Assembly (NCBI GenBank): GCA_029856145.1
Contig: JAHQWK010000032.1
Span: 1-64,000 of the forward strand
Source of the DNA: Promethearchaeia archaeon
GTDB taxonomy: Archaea; Asgardarchaeota; Lokiarchaeia; Sigyniarchaeales; SOKP01
Direction: 5' to 3'
Length of the DNA stretch: 64,000 nucleotides
Shown here one piece after another: positions 10,385-20,558 of this stretch; the stretch's first letter is position 1; each line of letters starts with the position of its first letter. The position numbers were made by a program, and so were the translations under genes. A model generated the notes under the pieces. The model ran no database searches. It had not been told where the DNA came from and saw only the letters and a program-made list of their open reading frames with translations.

Positions 10385-10605
10385 TTAAAATCACTTCTAT
10401 AATTTAATTTTTAAAATATTTTAATGTTAAATTTATTTTCATTTGGATAATTTATATGTTTTTACTTTAAGACATCTCTTATTTTAAAAACTATTTAGTC
10501 TTTTCTATTAGGAATCTCAATTAAATACAAAATAATAAAACTTAGAATTTGCAAAGTTTTTTAAATTCTAAAAATCAAATAAATTAAAAAGACATATAAT
10601 TTATA

Positions 10606-11505
10606 ATGTCAGAAGAGAGAAATTTTTCACTTACATCAATTTTTATTTACATTATCATACTAATTACGGCTATCTTAACTATTTTAAGAATAATCTTTTA
10701 TTTGCCAATATTTACTGATAATGCATTAGCAATTTTAAGAGATTATGATTACAGTATATTTATTCATGAGAGCAAATTGGGAATAATTGACTTCCATATG
10801 CCGGATGTGGGATCGTTCTATCTTTATTTTTGGTATTTTATTTTTTTCCCATTTTCATTAATTCCAACTGAAATAGGTGTTTATATTTGGGATATTGCTA
10901 GGCTCGTTGCTGTAATATATATGTTCAAAAATGTAGATAAAATCTCAGATAAGAAAAAGAATATAATCGTATTCCTCGTATTAAGCACTATTGGCTATTT
11001 TGCTGATGCTTATCTCAATAATTCAAATTGGATTGTTGGATTGCTTCTTTTTGTGTCATATGTTGAATTAGAAAAAGATAAAAAATGGATCTCAGGCATA
11101 TTATTTGCTTTAACACTATATAAATTAACTCCTATTTTGTTTCCAATAATATTACTGATTGTTAAAAAAATTAAACTGAAAGATATAATTTATTATATTG
11201 TTCCTTCGATGCTTATATGTCTTCCGTATATCATTTTCCCCGAATATTTCTTTAATTTCTTGCATAATTTGACAATTATCAGAGGTGTTGATCCTGCTAC
11301 AATACCTGAATTCATTAAATTCTTACGGATTGTAGTAAAGGCTTTTCAAACAGGTCACATGATCTTTTATAGTTTTTTGGTACTTATTTTTCTTGAAAAT
11401 ATCAAGGATCCTAAACGGAGGAGTATTTTTAGAATTATCCTGTTTTCATTTCTATTATTTATTGGTTGTTTAGCCCCTATATTCGCAATGCTAATATTTG
11501 GTTAA
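10606..11505 (+). CDS. GT-C fold membrane glycosyltransferase (GT87-like)
   Basis: Multi-TM; RDY after TM1, FYLYFW..FFPFS, N-S-N, SGILFAL...KLTP. Confidence 0.65.
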   Translation: MSEERNFSLTSIFIYIIILITAILTILRIIFYLPIFTDNALAILRDYDYSIFIHESKLGIIDFHMPDVGSFYLYFWYFIFFPFSLIPTEIGVYIWDIARLVAVIYMFKNVDKISDKKKNIIVFLVLSTIGYFADAYLNNSNWIVGLLLFVSYVELEKDKKWISGILFALTLYKLTPILFPIILLIVKKIKLKDIIYYIVPSMLICLPYIIFPEYFFNFLHNLTIIRGVDPATIPEFIKFLRIVVKAFQTGHMIFYSFLVLIFLENIKDPKRRSIFRIILFSFLLFIGCLAPIFAMLIFG

Positions 11506-11537
11506 ATAAATTATAATAAAAGTGTAGAAGATGTGTA

Positions 11538-12671
11538 TTATTGATCTTTAATTTGTCTTGTGAGATTTTCTCGTGAGTTTCTTGTACTCTCAATTCTTCT
11601 GGTTAAACTAACACTTAATTTACTTAAATGATATTTAAGTGAGGCTTTTTCACTCCATTTTTTATAGATAACCCTTAGTAATAAACCAAGGGCAATAAAT
11701 GCTCCTATCATGAAGAACCAGATATTAAACAGGTTCAATTGATTAAAAAATAAAAAATATAATAGATTATGTCCTAAATAAACTGTAAGAGAATAATAAG
11801 AGTAGTAAAAGAGTAATTTGTAACTTTTTTCTCTCTCCATAAATCCAAAAATCTCAAAAGTTAATAATACTGTAAACAAAAATAAATCAATCCCAAGGGT
11901 ATATACCAGCCAAGGTAAACTCCTTCTCACTAAAAATTCTGGAAATTGAAATAAAACGTTAAATAGTATTAATAACACTCCAATTACCATAGATGGGATA
12001 AAGAAATTCTTCTTAAAAATCTTCCTTCTGTTTTCGGGATTATTTCTACTGAGAATTTCATAAATTACATCTCCTACAACTGTTCCAAATAGAAAAAAAG
12101 GAAAAAAGTGTAAAATAGGGTCTAGATTCTTTTCATTATATAAAATGTAACATAGAACTCCTAAAACATTAGTTTGTCCTTCATATAATATCAAAATGTT
12201 AAAAATAAAATTATTTCCAATCCATATAACAACACCAATAGCTAATCTTAAAAGTTTAGAGGTTTTTAAGAAAGGCCAGGCGATAAAAAAGGAAATTGAA
12301 ATTGTCAGCAAAATGAACCACGACCAAACCCAAGTAAAATTTTTGAGAGTAATAGCTATAGTAAGATTATAGATTAAAGCAATTATTAAAATAAAGAAAG
12401 CACGAAGAAAATACTCGTTCCTAATCGTTCTTTTAGAATATTGCTCTGAATTTTTAGCTATAGTAAGCTTTTTTCTATAAGAAAGCATTATACTTACACC
12501 TGCAATAAATAAAAAGCCAGAAGCACCAATTGGATCTAAGATTACGTTAATAAGATTAGCTACCCAAAAATCCTCCCCTCTTATCCACCATCCTGATAAG
12601 TGGCCTATAATCATCCAAGACATACATAGTCCACGAAATGTGTCAATACTTTTTAGTCTCGGAAGCATCAT
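11538..12671 (-). CDS. Transmembrane acyltransferase, HGSNAT/DUF1624-like
   Basis: RLKSIDTFRGLCMSWMIIGH, FLFIAGVS, YSLTVYLGH; about 10 TM. Confidence 0.85.
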   Translation of the reverse strand: MMLPRLKSIDTFRGLCMSWMIIGHLSGWWIRGEDFWVANLINVILDPIGASGFLFIAGVSIMLSYRKKLTIAKNSEQYSKRTIRNEYFLRAFFILIIALIYNLTIAITLKNFTWVWSWFILLTISISFFIAWPFLKTSKLLRLAIGVVIWIGNNFIFNILILYEGQTNVLGVLCYILYNEKNLDPILHFFPFFLFGTVVGDVIYEILSRNNPENRRKIFKKNFFIPSMVIGVLLILFNVLFQFPEFLVRRSLPWLVYTLGIDLFLFTVLLTFEIFGFMEREKSYKLLFYYSYYSLTVYLGHNLLYFLFFNQLNLFNIWFFMIGAFIALGLLLRVIYKKWSEKASLKYHLSKLSVSLTRRIESTRNSRENLTRQIKDQ

Positions 12672-12847
12672 CTTTATTATAGTTTATTTGTATTGATCAA
12701 TTATTCAAATTTGAATTATCATCAAAAGAATTTGATTCTATATATACTATTAGCTGATAAGTTAATATATTTCATTAATAATAAGTTATCCAAACAATTC
12801 TAATCAGGTCTTTCTGATATTATCTTTACAAAAAAAAGTTAAATAAT

Positions 12848-15097
12848 TTAAAATCTCACTTCGCAAACTCCATCCGCATCACAAAATCGCTCCCCAATTG
12901 CTCTATCTCTTGTTTCATCAAGATTAAACGGTTTAAGTTTACTGATCATTTCTTCAAACTGTTCTTTAGTAATCTCCTCATAGGGTGCTTGCTTATACCC
13001 ATGTTCTTTTATCGGTAAGAAACTGACACTCTTTAGTTTGTCTTCACAAAATTGGAGAACATGTTCTATTTGATCTGCTTCTTCTTCCTTAAATGTAATA
13101 GTAATACTGACCTGATTATCACTCCATCGCGCCTGGTAATCAATAGCATTAGCTGCTTGTTCCCAAATGGAAACTTCATTTTTTGAACGATCAAAATATT
13201 TTTCATGAATAGGAAATTCAGCAACTACTGTATTAGGTGAATATGAATCCTCTTCAATCTTATATCCAGCATTTTTAATATGTTCAATAAGATCTGAGTT
13301 CTTTGAGAGCCGAATTCTTCTTATATAATATTCTGAATGCGGATAGTGAATTCCTGGAGGTACCCCTGGGAGTAGACTAACTGTTCCACTAGGTTTTACT
13401 GTCGTTATCTTGATACTCTTGGGAATACAAAGCCACCCGGAATATTGCTCATCTAATTCTTGTAAATAATTATATGCTCTACTGCACCATTCCAAAACAG
13501 CTCTCCTTCCATGCTTAATAAATGCTTCGATAATGCCCGTTTGCGAAATGCCCATTCGTCTATTTTTTAACATCACAGCATTAGTCTCTTGCCAATGAGT
13601 ATTAACAATGGTGACCGATTTTGAATAAAGATATGCGTATTTTAAGGTATCTTGAAATTCCTCATATGAATCATGCCTTGAAGGAAAAGTCTCAACAAGA
13701 CAGCACAATTCAAAAGATTCTAAAGTTTGTTCCCCACATGGGTTAACTCCGGCTGCCTTTTTATCCTTAAAATCGGGTTGATCACCCATCCGAGAATAGG
13801 CTTTAGCATTTTCGAGCCAAAGTATTCCGGGTTCTCCATTTACTGCAATTTGGTTGGCTATAAATGAATAATCCAAGCCTCTAACTGCGAAAATTGAGTT
13901 ATTACTTGCCCACCTATGAGAATACAATGCCTTTTCATCTTGTTTACATGTTACGAAATCTAAATCTGTTGGATCACCTAACGCAATTTCAGCACTCCTG
14001 CGCACATTCCCCGCAACAACACATTTACCTACAAAATTCATAATATCTACAATATCAACAGATGTAACTTTTTCACCTATTCTCGATTGTAGTATTTTTT
14101 GAATTTCTTTCAACATATCTTTTAAAGGTCCTGGACCGCTAGCAACTCCACCAAATCCTCTTATAGGCTCACCAGCATGTCTAATTAGAGTAAAATCAAA
14201 TATCGGTACTTGTTTACCTAAGAAATAAGCCTCTAATATTATCTTTAAAGATTCTACCCACCCTTCTCTACTATCAGGGATTTGAAATTCGAAATTTCCT
14301 TCTTTAGGTTGTTTTATCGTTATTTTTCCAGCACCTTTAGTATCGAAACCTACACCTACACCGAGCATCAAAGCATCCATTACAAATTCAAACGCTTTCG
14401 AATGTTTGAGATTTATATCTTCTGTCGAAGCAAAACCACAGTTATTAAGAGACATTGACCCATGACGAGCAATGAATTCAGTTCCCATCATCCATAAACC
14501 GCGCCCGGGAGGGAGGAATTTGAAATTCCATATCTTTTTAAACATTATTTGAGCAGATTTTTGAGCTTTATCATCATCCCAAGGTAAGCTTAATTTGATA
14601 CAATGTTCTTTCTGGATTGAATAACAACCCTCTACAACTCTTCTTATTGTTTCCCAAAATTCTTCTTTTCTATTTTCCTTTTCGATAATCCTTGCATAAG
14701 TTCGCTTATAAGTGATATAACCAAGAGGGCCCCAATCTGGTTGTTTACCTCTGTATTCATTAACGAATTCTTCATCAATTTTAAAGGAAATATTTTCTAA
14801 ATTAATCGCTCGAGCAAAAAGATTTCTATATTTATTCATTCCTCGCTGGGTTAATTCAACACAGACTAATTCTCTGATATAATTTGTAGTAATTTCTTTA
14901 ACTCCGAGACCAATTATTTTTCGAATAACATCTTCAGCTACTTTTTCCGCAATATGTATATCAAGTCCAGTTTCTTTGTTTAATATTTTTGCTATGCTAT
15001 TTTCATCGAATTTTTTCTTTTCTCCTTTTGAATTAATAACATATTTCGGATACAAATCTATTAACGAGAAGGAATTATTAGACATTTTCTTCATCAA
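12848..15097 (-). CDS. nrdJ: Adenosylcobalamin-dependent ribonucleotide reductase (class II, monomeric RTPR-type) with N-terminal ATP cone
   Basis: PPGRGLW, LNNC, NPCGEQ...ELCCL, TTVKPSGTVS, C-terminal FCDADGVC; ATP-cone-like N-terminus. Confidence 0.95.
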   Translation of the reverse strand: MMKKMSNNSFSLIDLYPKYVINSKGEKKKFDENSIAKILNKETGLDIHIAEKVAEDVIRKIIGLGVKEITTNYIRELVCVELTQRGMNKYRNLFARAINLENISFKIDEEFVNEYRGKQPDWGPLGYITYKRTYARIIEKENRKEEFWETIRRVVEGCYSIQKEHCIKLSLPWDDDKAQKSAQIMFKKIWNFKFLPPGRGLWMMGTEFIARHGSMSLNNCGFASTEDINLKHSKAFEFVMDALMLGVGVGFDTKGAGKITIKQPKEGNFEFQIPDSREGWVESLKIILEAYFLGKQVPIFDFTLIRHAGEPIRGFGGVASGPGPLKDMLKEIQKILQSRIGEKVTSVDIVDIMNFVGKCVVAGNVRRSAEIALGDPTDLDFVTCKQDEKALYSHRWASNNSIFAVRGLDYSFIANQIAVNGEPGILWLENAKAYSRMGDQPDFKDKKAAGVNPCGEQTLESFELCCLVETFPSRHDSYEEFQDTLKYAYLYSKSVTIVNTHWQETNAVMLKNRRMGISQTGIIEAFIKHGRRAVLEWCSRAYNYLQELDEQYSGWLCIPKSIKITTVKPSGTVSLLPGVPPGIHYPHSEYYIRRIRLSKNSDLIEHIKNAGYKIEEDSYSPNTVVAEFPIHEKYFDRSKNEVSIWEQAANAIDYQARWSDNQVSITITFKEEEADQIEHVLQFCEDKLKSVSFLPIKEHGYKQAPYEEITKEQFEEMISKLKPFNLDETRDRAIGERFCDADGVCEVRF

Positions 15098-15528
15098 TAC
15101 TTATGTAAAATATTATTCTTGTAATTTTATCGGCTAAATAAATTATTATCTAATTTTTTTTGCCTTAACCTACCTATAAATTTATACTTTCTTTTAATTT
15201 AAAATTAATGTTTAGTTTCTATTAAGCTATTGATTAATCTCTCTAATGTTTGATTATTTATGGTTTGATAAATCTATGGAATATACACAAATTTGTACAT
15301 ATATTTTTATTGGTTTTGTTTAATAAAGTCTTTAATAGTTTTTCGTCGGGAATTATGTTGGAGATTCTATATAATACAAAATAATCTGTTATATTTAAAC
15401 AAAAATTCAGATTTGAATTACTAATTTTCAATTATCTTAGTTTTTATAAGATAAAATAATAAAAAGGCAATTCAATTATTCTTATTAACTAATTGAATTA
15501 TAAGCGCAGGTAAAGTGTCGAATTAAAT

Positions 15529-16356
15529 ATGTCATCTATAGAAAGTATGTTAATTATTATCGGATATTCTGCTTTATTTCTCTTTGGTTATATATTCATT
15601 GCTTTTATTGTTGGAACAATAAAGAGAAACAATGGAATTATGGATATATTCTATGGACCGGGTTTTTTTGTAGTGGCTTTAACCAGCATGGTATTTTATT
15701 TCATTTTGAATAATACCATAAACCTACGCCAAATTATAATAACAATTTTAGTGTTGATATGGTCCTTAAGACTAGCAACTTATGTATTCATAAGAAACAG
15801 AGGGAAACCAGAAGATTATCGTTATAAAGCAATGAGAGATAGATGGGGAACTAATATAATATTAAAAAGTCTCCTAAGAATATACATTTTTCAAGGAATT
15901 GTTATCTTTATAGTTTCTGTTACTGTTTGGTTTACTAATAGCAGTGCCAATCCCCCTTTAGATAACCTATTAGATTTTTACGGAATTACTTTATGGCTCG
16001 GAGTAATAATTTGGTTAATAGGATTCTTATTTGAAACTTTTGGAGATTATCAGCTCTATAAATTTAAACAAGATCCAAATAATAAAGGTAAAGTATTAGA
16101 TCAAGGGTTATGGAAATATACACAACATCCAAACTATTTTGGTGAAGTTACTCAATGGTGGGGGATTTATCTCATGGCTCTAGCTGTGCCTTTTGGTTGG
16201 ATTTCAATTTTTGGACCAATTTTCATCACTTATATGATAATAAAAGTCTCAGGTATAAAGCTACTTGACAAACATTATGAAGGCGATGATGAATATAACA
16301 ATTACAAACGAAGAACTAGCTTGTTCTTTCCTTGGTTTCCAAAAAAAAATAAGTAA
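15529..16356 (+). CDS. DUF1295 family membrane protein (steroid 5-alpha-reductase/ICMT-like)
   Basis: DIFYG, EDYRY, GDYQL, GLWKYTQHPNYFGE, Y..RTS.FFPW. Confidence 0.88.
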   Translation: MSSIESMLIIIGYSALFLFGYIFIAFIVGTIKRNNGIMDIFYGPGFFVVALTSMVFYFILNNTINLRQIIITILVLIWSLRLATYVFIRNRGKPEDYRYKAMRDRWGTNIILKSLLRIYIFQGIVIFIVSVTVWFTNSSANPPLDNLLDFYGITLWLGVIIWLIGFLFETFGDYQLYKFKQDPNNKGKVLDQGLWKYTQHPNYFGEVTQWWGIYLMALAVPFGWISIFGPIFITYMIIKVSGIKLLDKHYEGDDEYNNYKRRTSLFFPWFPKKNK

Positions 16357-16401
16357 AATATCAAATAATTCAAACTTCTTTTTTCCAACTATCACATAAT
16401 T

Positions 16402-16423
16402 TTAATCTGAAAATTTTTAAATA
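16402..16423 (+). promoter_or_regulatory. BRE/TATA promoter of LbH operon 1
   Basis: TTAATCTGAAAATTTTTAAATA, identical to 24903..24924 upstream of the paralogous operon. Confidence 0.65.
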
Positions 16424-16485
16424 TTCAAAAGTATATATACAAAAAAGTAATTGAAGGGCTCTTAATAAAGAAATTTATAACTTCT

Positions 16486-17400
16486 TTGGGAAAAAAATTG
16501 GCATCATTAAGTTCAGATCAGAAAAAAAATTCTGAAAACAATATTATTAAAGAAGAAATTAGTTTAAATTTACGTTTATGGCTGCCTTTGTTCTATGTCA
16601 TTTACTATTGTTCTTTTTTAATACCGGGTGTAATTTTCATGCTCTATATAATGTTGTTCTATTTACCTAATTTCTTAGAAGTTGGAAGTTTTATTTCTCT
16701 TTTTACTAATTTACCTTCCCTCATTGCCTCTTTAACAATACCGTTTGTAATAATTCTTTGTTATTTAATACATTTATTTATAGTAGCGTTAATTACTCGA
16801 TGGTTTTGGAGCTTCTCAGAAAAGAAATCTCCTTCTAAATCCGGGATCATTCCGAGAAATATACCTAGTAAGACTTTAAATTATTATCATTTTCGCAGTT
16901 TTATTATCAAGTATCCTAAAAACGCATTTTCTCGAGGTCCATTTCCCTGGTTATTAAAGTGGATGTTTAACTTTGTAGGGACTAATAAAATAGGAAAAGG
17001 ATCTGTCATTGAGGAACAACTTGCGGGGGATCGATTTGTAGAAGTTGGGGAAAATTCTTATATCGGGACAAATCCAGGTATCAGTTCACATTCTGTAGAT
17101 GGTGTTTTCGGTAATATTTCATTTGCTAAGATTAAAATTGGAAACAATGTTACTGCTGCGGGATTTAATTGTTTTGCCCCTGGTGTGGATATCGGAGATA
17201 ATTCGTGGTGGTTACCGATGACAGGAGCAACTAAATATAACATTTTGAAAGGTAATAACTTCTATTTCGGCACTCCCCTCAGGAAGATTTTCAAAAGAAA
17301 GGTAATGGAGTACTTGCAAATTTCAGAAGATGATTTGAAAAGGGTAGAAGAACTTAATGAAAAATTGAATTTATCAAAAAAAAGAAAAAAAAAGATGTGA
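16486..17400 (+). CDS. Membrane LbH (hexapeptide-repeat) acyltransferase-like module, type A1
   Basis: Two TM helices, SPSKSGIIPRN, IGKGSVIE..VGENSYIG..IGNNVTA repeats. Start may be TTG at 16498. Confidence 0.85.
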   Translation: MGKKLASLSSDQKKNSENNIIKEEISLNLRLWLPLFYVIYYCSFLIPGVIFMLYIMLFYLPNFLEVGSFISLFTNLPSLIASLTIPFVIILCYLIHLFIVALITRWFWSFSEKKSPSKSGIIPRNIPSKTLNYYHFRSFIIKYPKNAFSRGPFPWLLKWMFNFVGTNKIGKGSVIEEQLAGDRFVEVGENSYIGTNPGISSHSVDGVFGNISFAKIKIGNNVTAAGFNCFAPGVDIGDNSWWLPMTGATKYNILKGNNFYFGTPLRKIFKRKVMEYLQISEDDLKRVEELNEKLNLSKKRKKKM

Positions 17401-17411
17401 GAAACAACTAA

Positions 17412-18302
17412 ATGAACTCTGATACTAAAGAAGAGAAAATAAATAATAGTAAAATTGATTACACAATTGACTTTATAACTACAAGTGCAATAAGTAAAAT
17501 TGGCTATAAATTTCTTGTTTTATATCTCCCAATTTTATGGGTTTCTGGATATATGACTGTTGCTGTATTCTTCGATGTATCAAGTTATATCCCATGGTAT
17601 ATAAATATGTTTTTAATCCCTGTATGGTTATTCATTTTATATTTTATTTTCGTTTTTGGAATCACGATTTTTACAAAAGCCTTTATCTTAATAATAAATA
17701 TGCTTCATAAACCTAAAGAGGGAGTATTCAGAGCTGAAGAAGGTGATCGAGATTATGAGTTTTGGCGATTAAGAGTAGAATTGAAGAAATTAGTTTTTTG
17801 GTTTATGAATAATGGTCCTCTAACATGGATAGTAATGTGGGGCTTCAGATGGATGGGTATTAAGGTAGATTTTTCAAGTCATGCTCAAGATTCTTGGTTG
17901 GATGAGAGATTTATTGAATTCGGGCGAAATGTTACTGTAGGCCAAGGAGCTGTTGTAATGAGCTCTCAAATCGTCGGGAAATATTTGATAATCAAAAAGA
18001 TTTTTCTTGGAGATCACACAGTTGTAGGTGGTTTATCACTCATATCTCCTGGCACAATTATGGGTAAGGAATCTGTAATTGGCGCATTTTCTGCGACAAT
18101 TCCAAACCAAAAAATAGACCCGGGTTGGATTTACTTAGGGCCACATGCAGCTAGGAAATTAAAACCAAATAAATTTGCGGAACAACGTCGAGATCTAATA
18201 TATGAGAAAAATGTGGATGATGAAGTAAAATTTGAAGTTAAACAAGAAGTCAACATAGATGAAGATAAGAAAAAGTTCTTAAACAATAATAGAGAGGATT
18301 AA
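17412..18302 (+). CDS. Membrane LbH acyltransferase-like module, type B1
   Basis: IDFITTSAISK, two TM, HKPKEGVF...YEFW, FGRNVTVGQGAVV repeats. Confidence 0.85.
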   Translation: MNSDTKEEKINNSKIDYTIDFITTSAISKIGYKFLVLYLPILWVSGYMTVAVFFDVSSYIPWYINMFLIPVWLFILYFIFVFGITIFTKAFILIINMLHKPKEGVFRAEEGDRDYEFWRLRVELKKLVFWFMNNGPLTWIVMWGFRWMGIKVDFSSHAQDSWLDERFIEFGRNVTVGQGAVVMSSQIVGKYLIIKKIFLGDHTVVGGLSLISPGTIMGKESVIGAFSATIPNQKIDPGWIYLGPHAARKLKPNKFAEQRRDLIYEKNVDDEVKFEVKQEVNIDEDKKKFLNNNRED

Positions 18303-19156
18303 TGAATATGTCAGTACCTTCGAGTTTAAAAGTAGGACCAAATACGACTCTTATCTTAGCAAAGAAGAGATATGTAATCTTTTACGTCTTTTTAATTTGG
18401 ATTAGTATTTTTACAATACAGTTTGAATTTTGGTTGTTCTGGAAACTTTATGAGCCGAAATTCATTCATTTTTTACTTTTCTTACCTTTATTAGTTTTTG
18501 TTATGTATCTAACATCAATTTTAGTATCCTTAATCTTTGCTAAAATAATTTTAGTAATCATTAATCTTATTCATAAACCACGAGAAGGAGTGTTCTTAAG
18601 ACATCACTCGGATAAAGATTATAGATATTGGAGTCTTAGAAGTATTATAAAAAAATGGCCGTTTTGGCTATCACACAAATTTCCTTTTCCTTTTATGAAT
18701 AATATATGTTCTAAAATGTTTGGTATAAAAACTAACTACACCAACTCTTTATTTGAAGGATGGGTTGATACAGAATTCATTAAATTTGGAAAGAACGTTG
18801 TAGTTGGACAGGGGGCAATAGTCCAGTCATCCATTATTTTTGGAAATTTATTTATTATAAGAAAAACCATCATTGAAGACAATGTTATGATTGGTTCCCA
18901 AAGTGTTGTTATGCCTGGAACCTATATGAAAAAAAATTCTATTTTAGGAGGTCATTCAATGACCATAGTAGGTCAAAAATTAGAAGAGAATTTTATTTAT
19001 TTAGGAGCTCCAGCTAAAAAGTTTAAAAAAAATGTATTTTATGAAGATGGATTGGAAGATATTATTAAAAATCAAGGAATAGGAGATATTAAAACAGAAG
19101 CAAAATTTGAAGGATTATATACTGTACGTAAGGATAAAGAGATTATTGATGATTAG
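18302..19156 (+). CDS. Membrane LbH acyltransferase-like module, type C1
   Basis: MSVPSSLKVGP N-terminus, two TM, HKPREGVF...DYRYWSLR, FGKNVVVGQGA; stop/start overlap with B1. Confidence 0.85.
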   Translation: MNMSVPSSLKVGPNTTLILAKKRYVIFYVFLIWISIFTIQFEFWLFWKLYEPKFIHFLLFLPLLVFVMYLTSILVSLIFAKIILVIINLIHKPREGVFLRHHSDKDYRYWSLRSIIKKWPFWLSHKFPFPFMNNICSKMFGIKTNYTNSLFEGWVDTEFIKFGKNVVVGQGAIVQSSIIFGNLFIIRKTIIEDNVMIGSQSVVMPGTYMKKNSILGGHSMTIVGQKLEENFIYLGAPAKKFKKNVFYEDGLEDIIKNQGIGDIKTEAKFEGLYTVRKDKEIIDD

Positions 19157-19436
19157 AAAGACATTATTTTCTTATTGAATGTTTTTTATCCGTCCATGGC
19201 TTTGAAAAGAACAAAGGATGGGATTCATTCTCCCCAAAAAATCAACTTATTTATAAATTCAAACAAGTAGGACCTCCAATTGGATTAAAATCTATTTAAA
19301 AATATCCAGATGTGTCTATTTAATCTAGTTATAATATATGAATTTAGTTTAATAAAAACTAAAATTTGATTTGGTAAAGTGTGGCTAACTTTAAAGAATA
19401 GAATCTCATTTTTATTATTTTATTCCCACCAAATCT

Positions 19437-19913
19437 TTATATTTTATTAATTTTTTCAAGAACTTGTAAAATTTCCTCGTTTTCTGGGATATCATGCATA
19501 TTTTTTCCATAATATGCGTATTGAATTATCCCTTTCTTGTCAATTATTAATAATCCAGGCATTCGCCCAAGTTTTATCCACCTTTTTTCTTGTTTTAACA
19601 TTGTAGCTACTTTTTTTGATTCATCATAAAAGACAGCGTATTTTCTTGCATATTTTTGTTCCATTTTTTTAGCATTTTTTTCGTTATCTACTAAGATTGG
19701 ATACAAATACCCATCTAATTCTTCAAATTTTTCGATATCTCTCCTTAATCTAGCAGCATGCCATCGACAGAAAGGTCAATTGATATCTCTAAATAACACA
19801 ATTATTACATTTTTTTTATTTTCAAGATCTCTGATATTGACTGTTTCACCTCTAGAGTTTGGTAGACTAAACTCAGCGATCTTAGTACCAACTATATTGA
19901 ATTTATCTTTCAA
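19437..19913 (-). CDS. Peroxiredoxin-like (AhpC/TSA) selenoprotein with UxxC motif
   Basis: TTG start at 19913 after AAGTGAT. Reads MKDKFNIVGTKIAEFSLPNSRGETVNIRDLENKKNVIIVLFRDIN-UGA(19776..19778)-PFCRWHAARL..., continuous in frame with the 89-aa track ORF; 158 aa. Confidence 0.85.
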
Positions 19914-20030
19914 TTTGATATCACTTTTGTTTTTATTTATATTTTAAATAAAGAATAAATAAATATTCCTTAATTATATATTTCTTTAAAATTATAAATT
20001 TAAATTGAAAGTCTATACTGTGGTGAAAAA

Positions 20031-20432
20031 ATGGCTCTTGATATAAATTGGATAGCTTTTGTAGTTGTAGCATTGATATATTTTGCAATCCACTTTTTTT
20101 GGTATTTTCCTTTTGCATTCGGTAATTTATGGCTAAAGTTAGTAGGCAAAGAAAGTGAACCGAAGTCTAAAATTATTAGAGACACAATAATAATGATTCC
20201 TACTAGTTTTATAACAGTTCTTTTCATCGAGATAATGATGGATTTAACTGGTATGAATGATATTGTTTCTGCTTTATTACTTAGTTGCATGTTATGGCTC
20301 GGTTTTGTAGCAACAATTGCTATTAACCAAAATAATTTTAATGACAGAGGAATTAAGCTATTTTTATTAGAATATGGTTTTTATCTTATAGGTTTTATAA
20401 TTAGTGGAGCGATATTAGCAGTTTGGATATAA
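20031..20432 (+). CDS. DUF1761 family membrane protein
   Basis: INWIA...FFWY...FGNLW, WLGF, 4 TM. Confidence 0.75.
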   Translation: MALDINWIAFVVVALIYFAIHFFWYFPFAFGNLWLKLVGKESEPKSKIIRDTIIMIPTSFITVLFIEIMMDLTGMNDIVSALLLSCMLWLGFVATIAINQNNFNDRGIKLFLLEYGFYLIGFIISGAILAVWI

Positions 20433-20558
20433 TCTACTAATTTATTTATTTTTTATTAATTAAACTCATTTTTTTTTTCAAATTTTAAAGAATAGTATGA
20501 AATAAATTTATAATTTTGAGGGATATGAGTTAAAATCTAATTTTGTATATATTTTCTT

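Noticed and set aside
15281-15305. Palindrome ACAAATTTGT upstream of nrdJ as an NrdR-like operator
   Set aside because: Only 10 bp in very AT-rich DNA and does not match the NrdR box.
19368-19435. Inverted repeat GATTTGGT/ACCAAATC with a minus-strand AUGA just after the selenoprotein stop, as a SECIS
   Set aside because: No complementary helix II and no 3' GA to form the kink-turn core.
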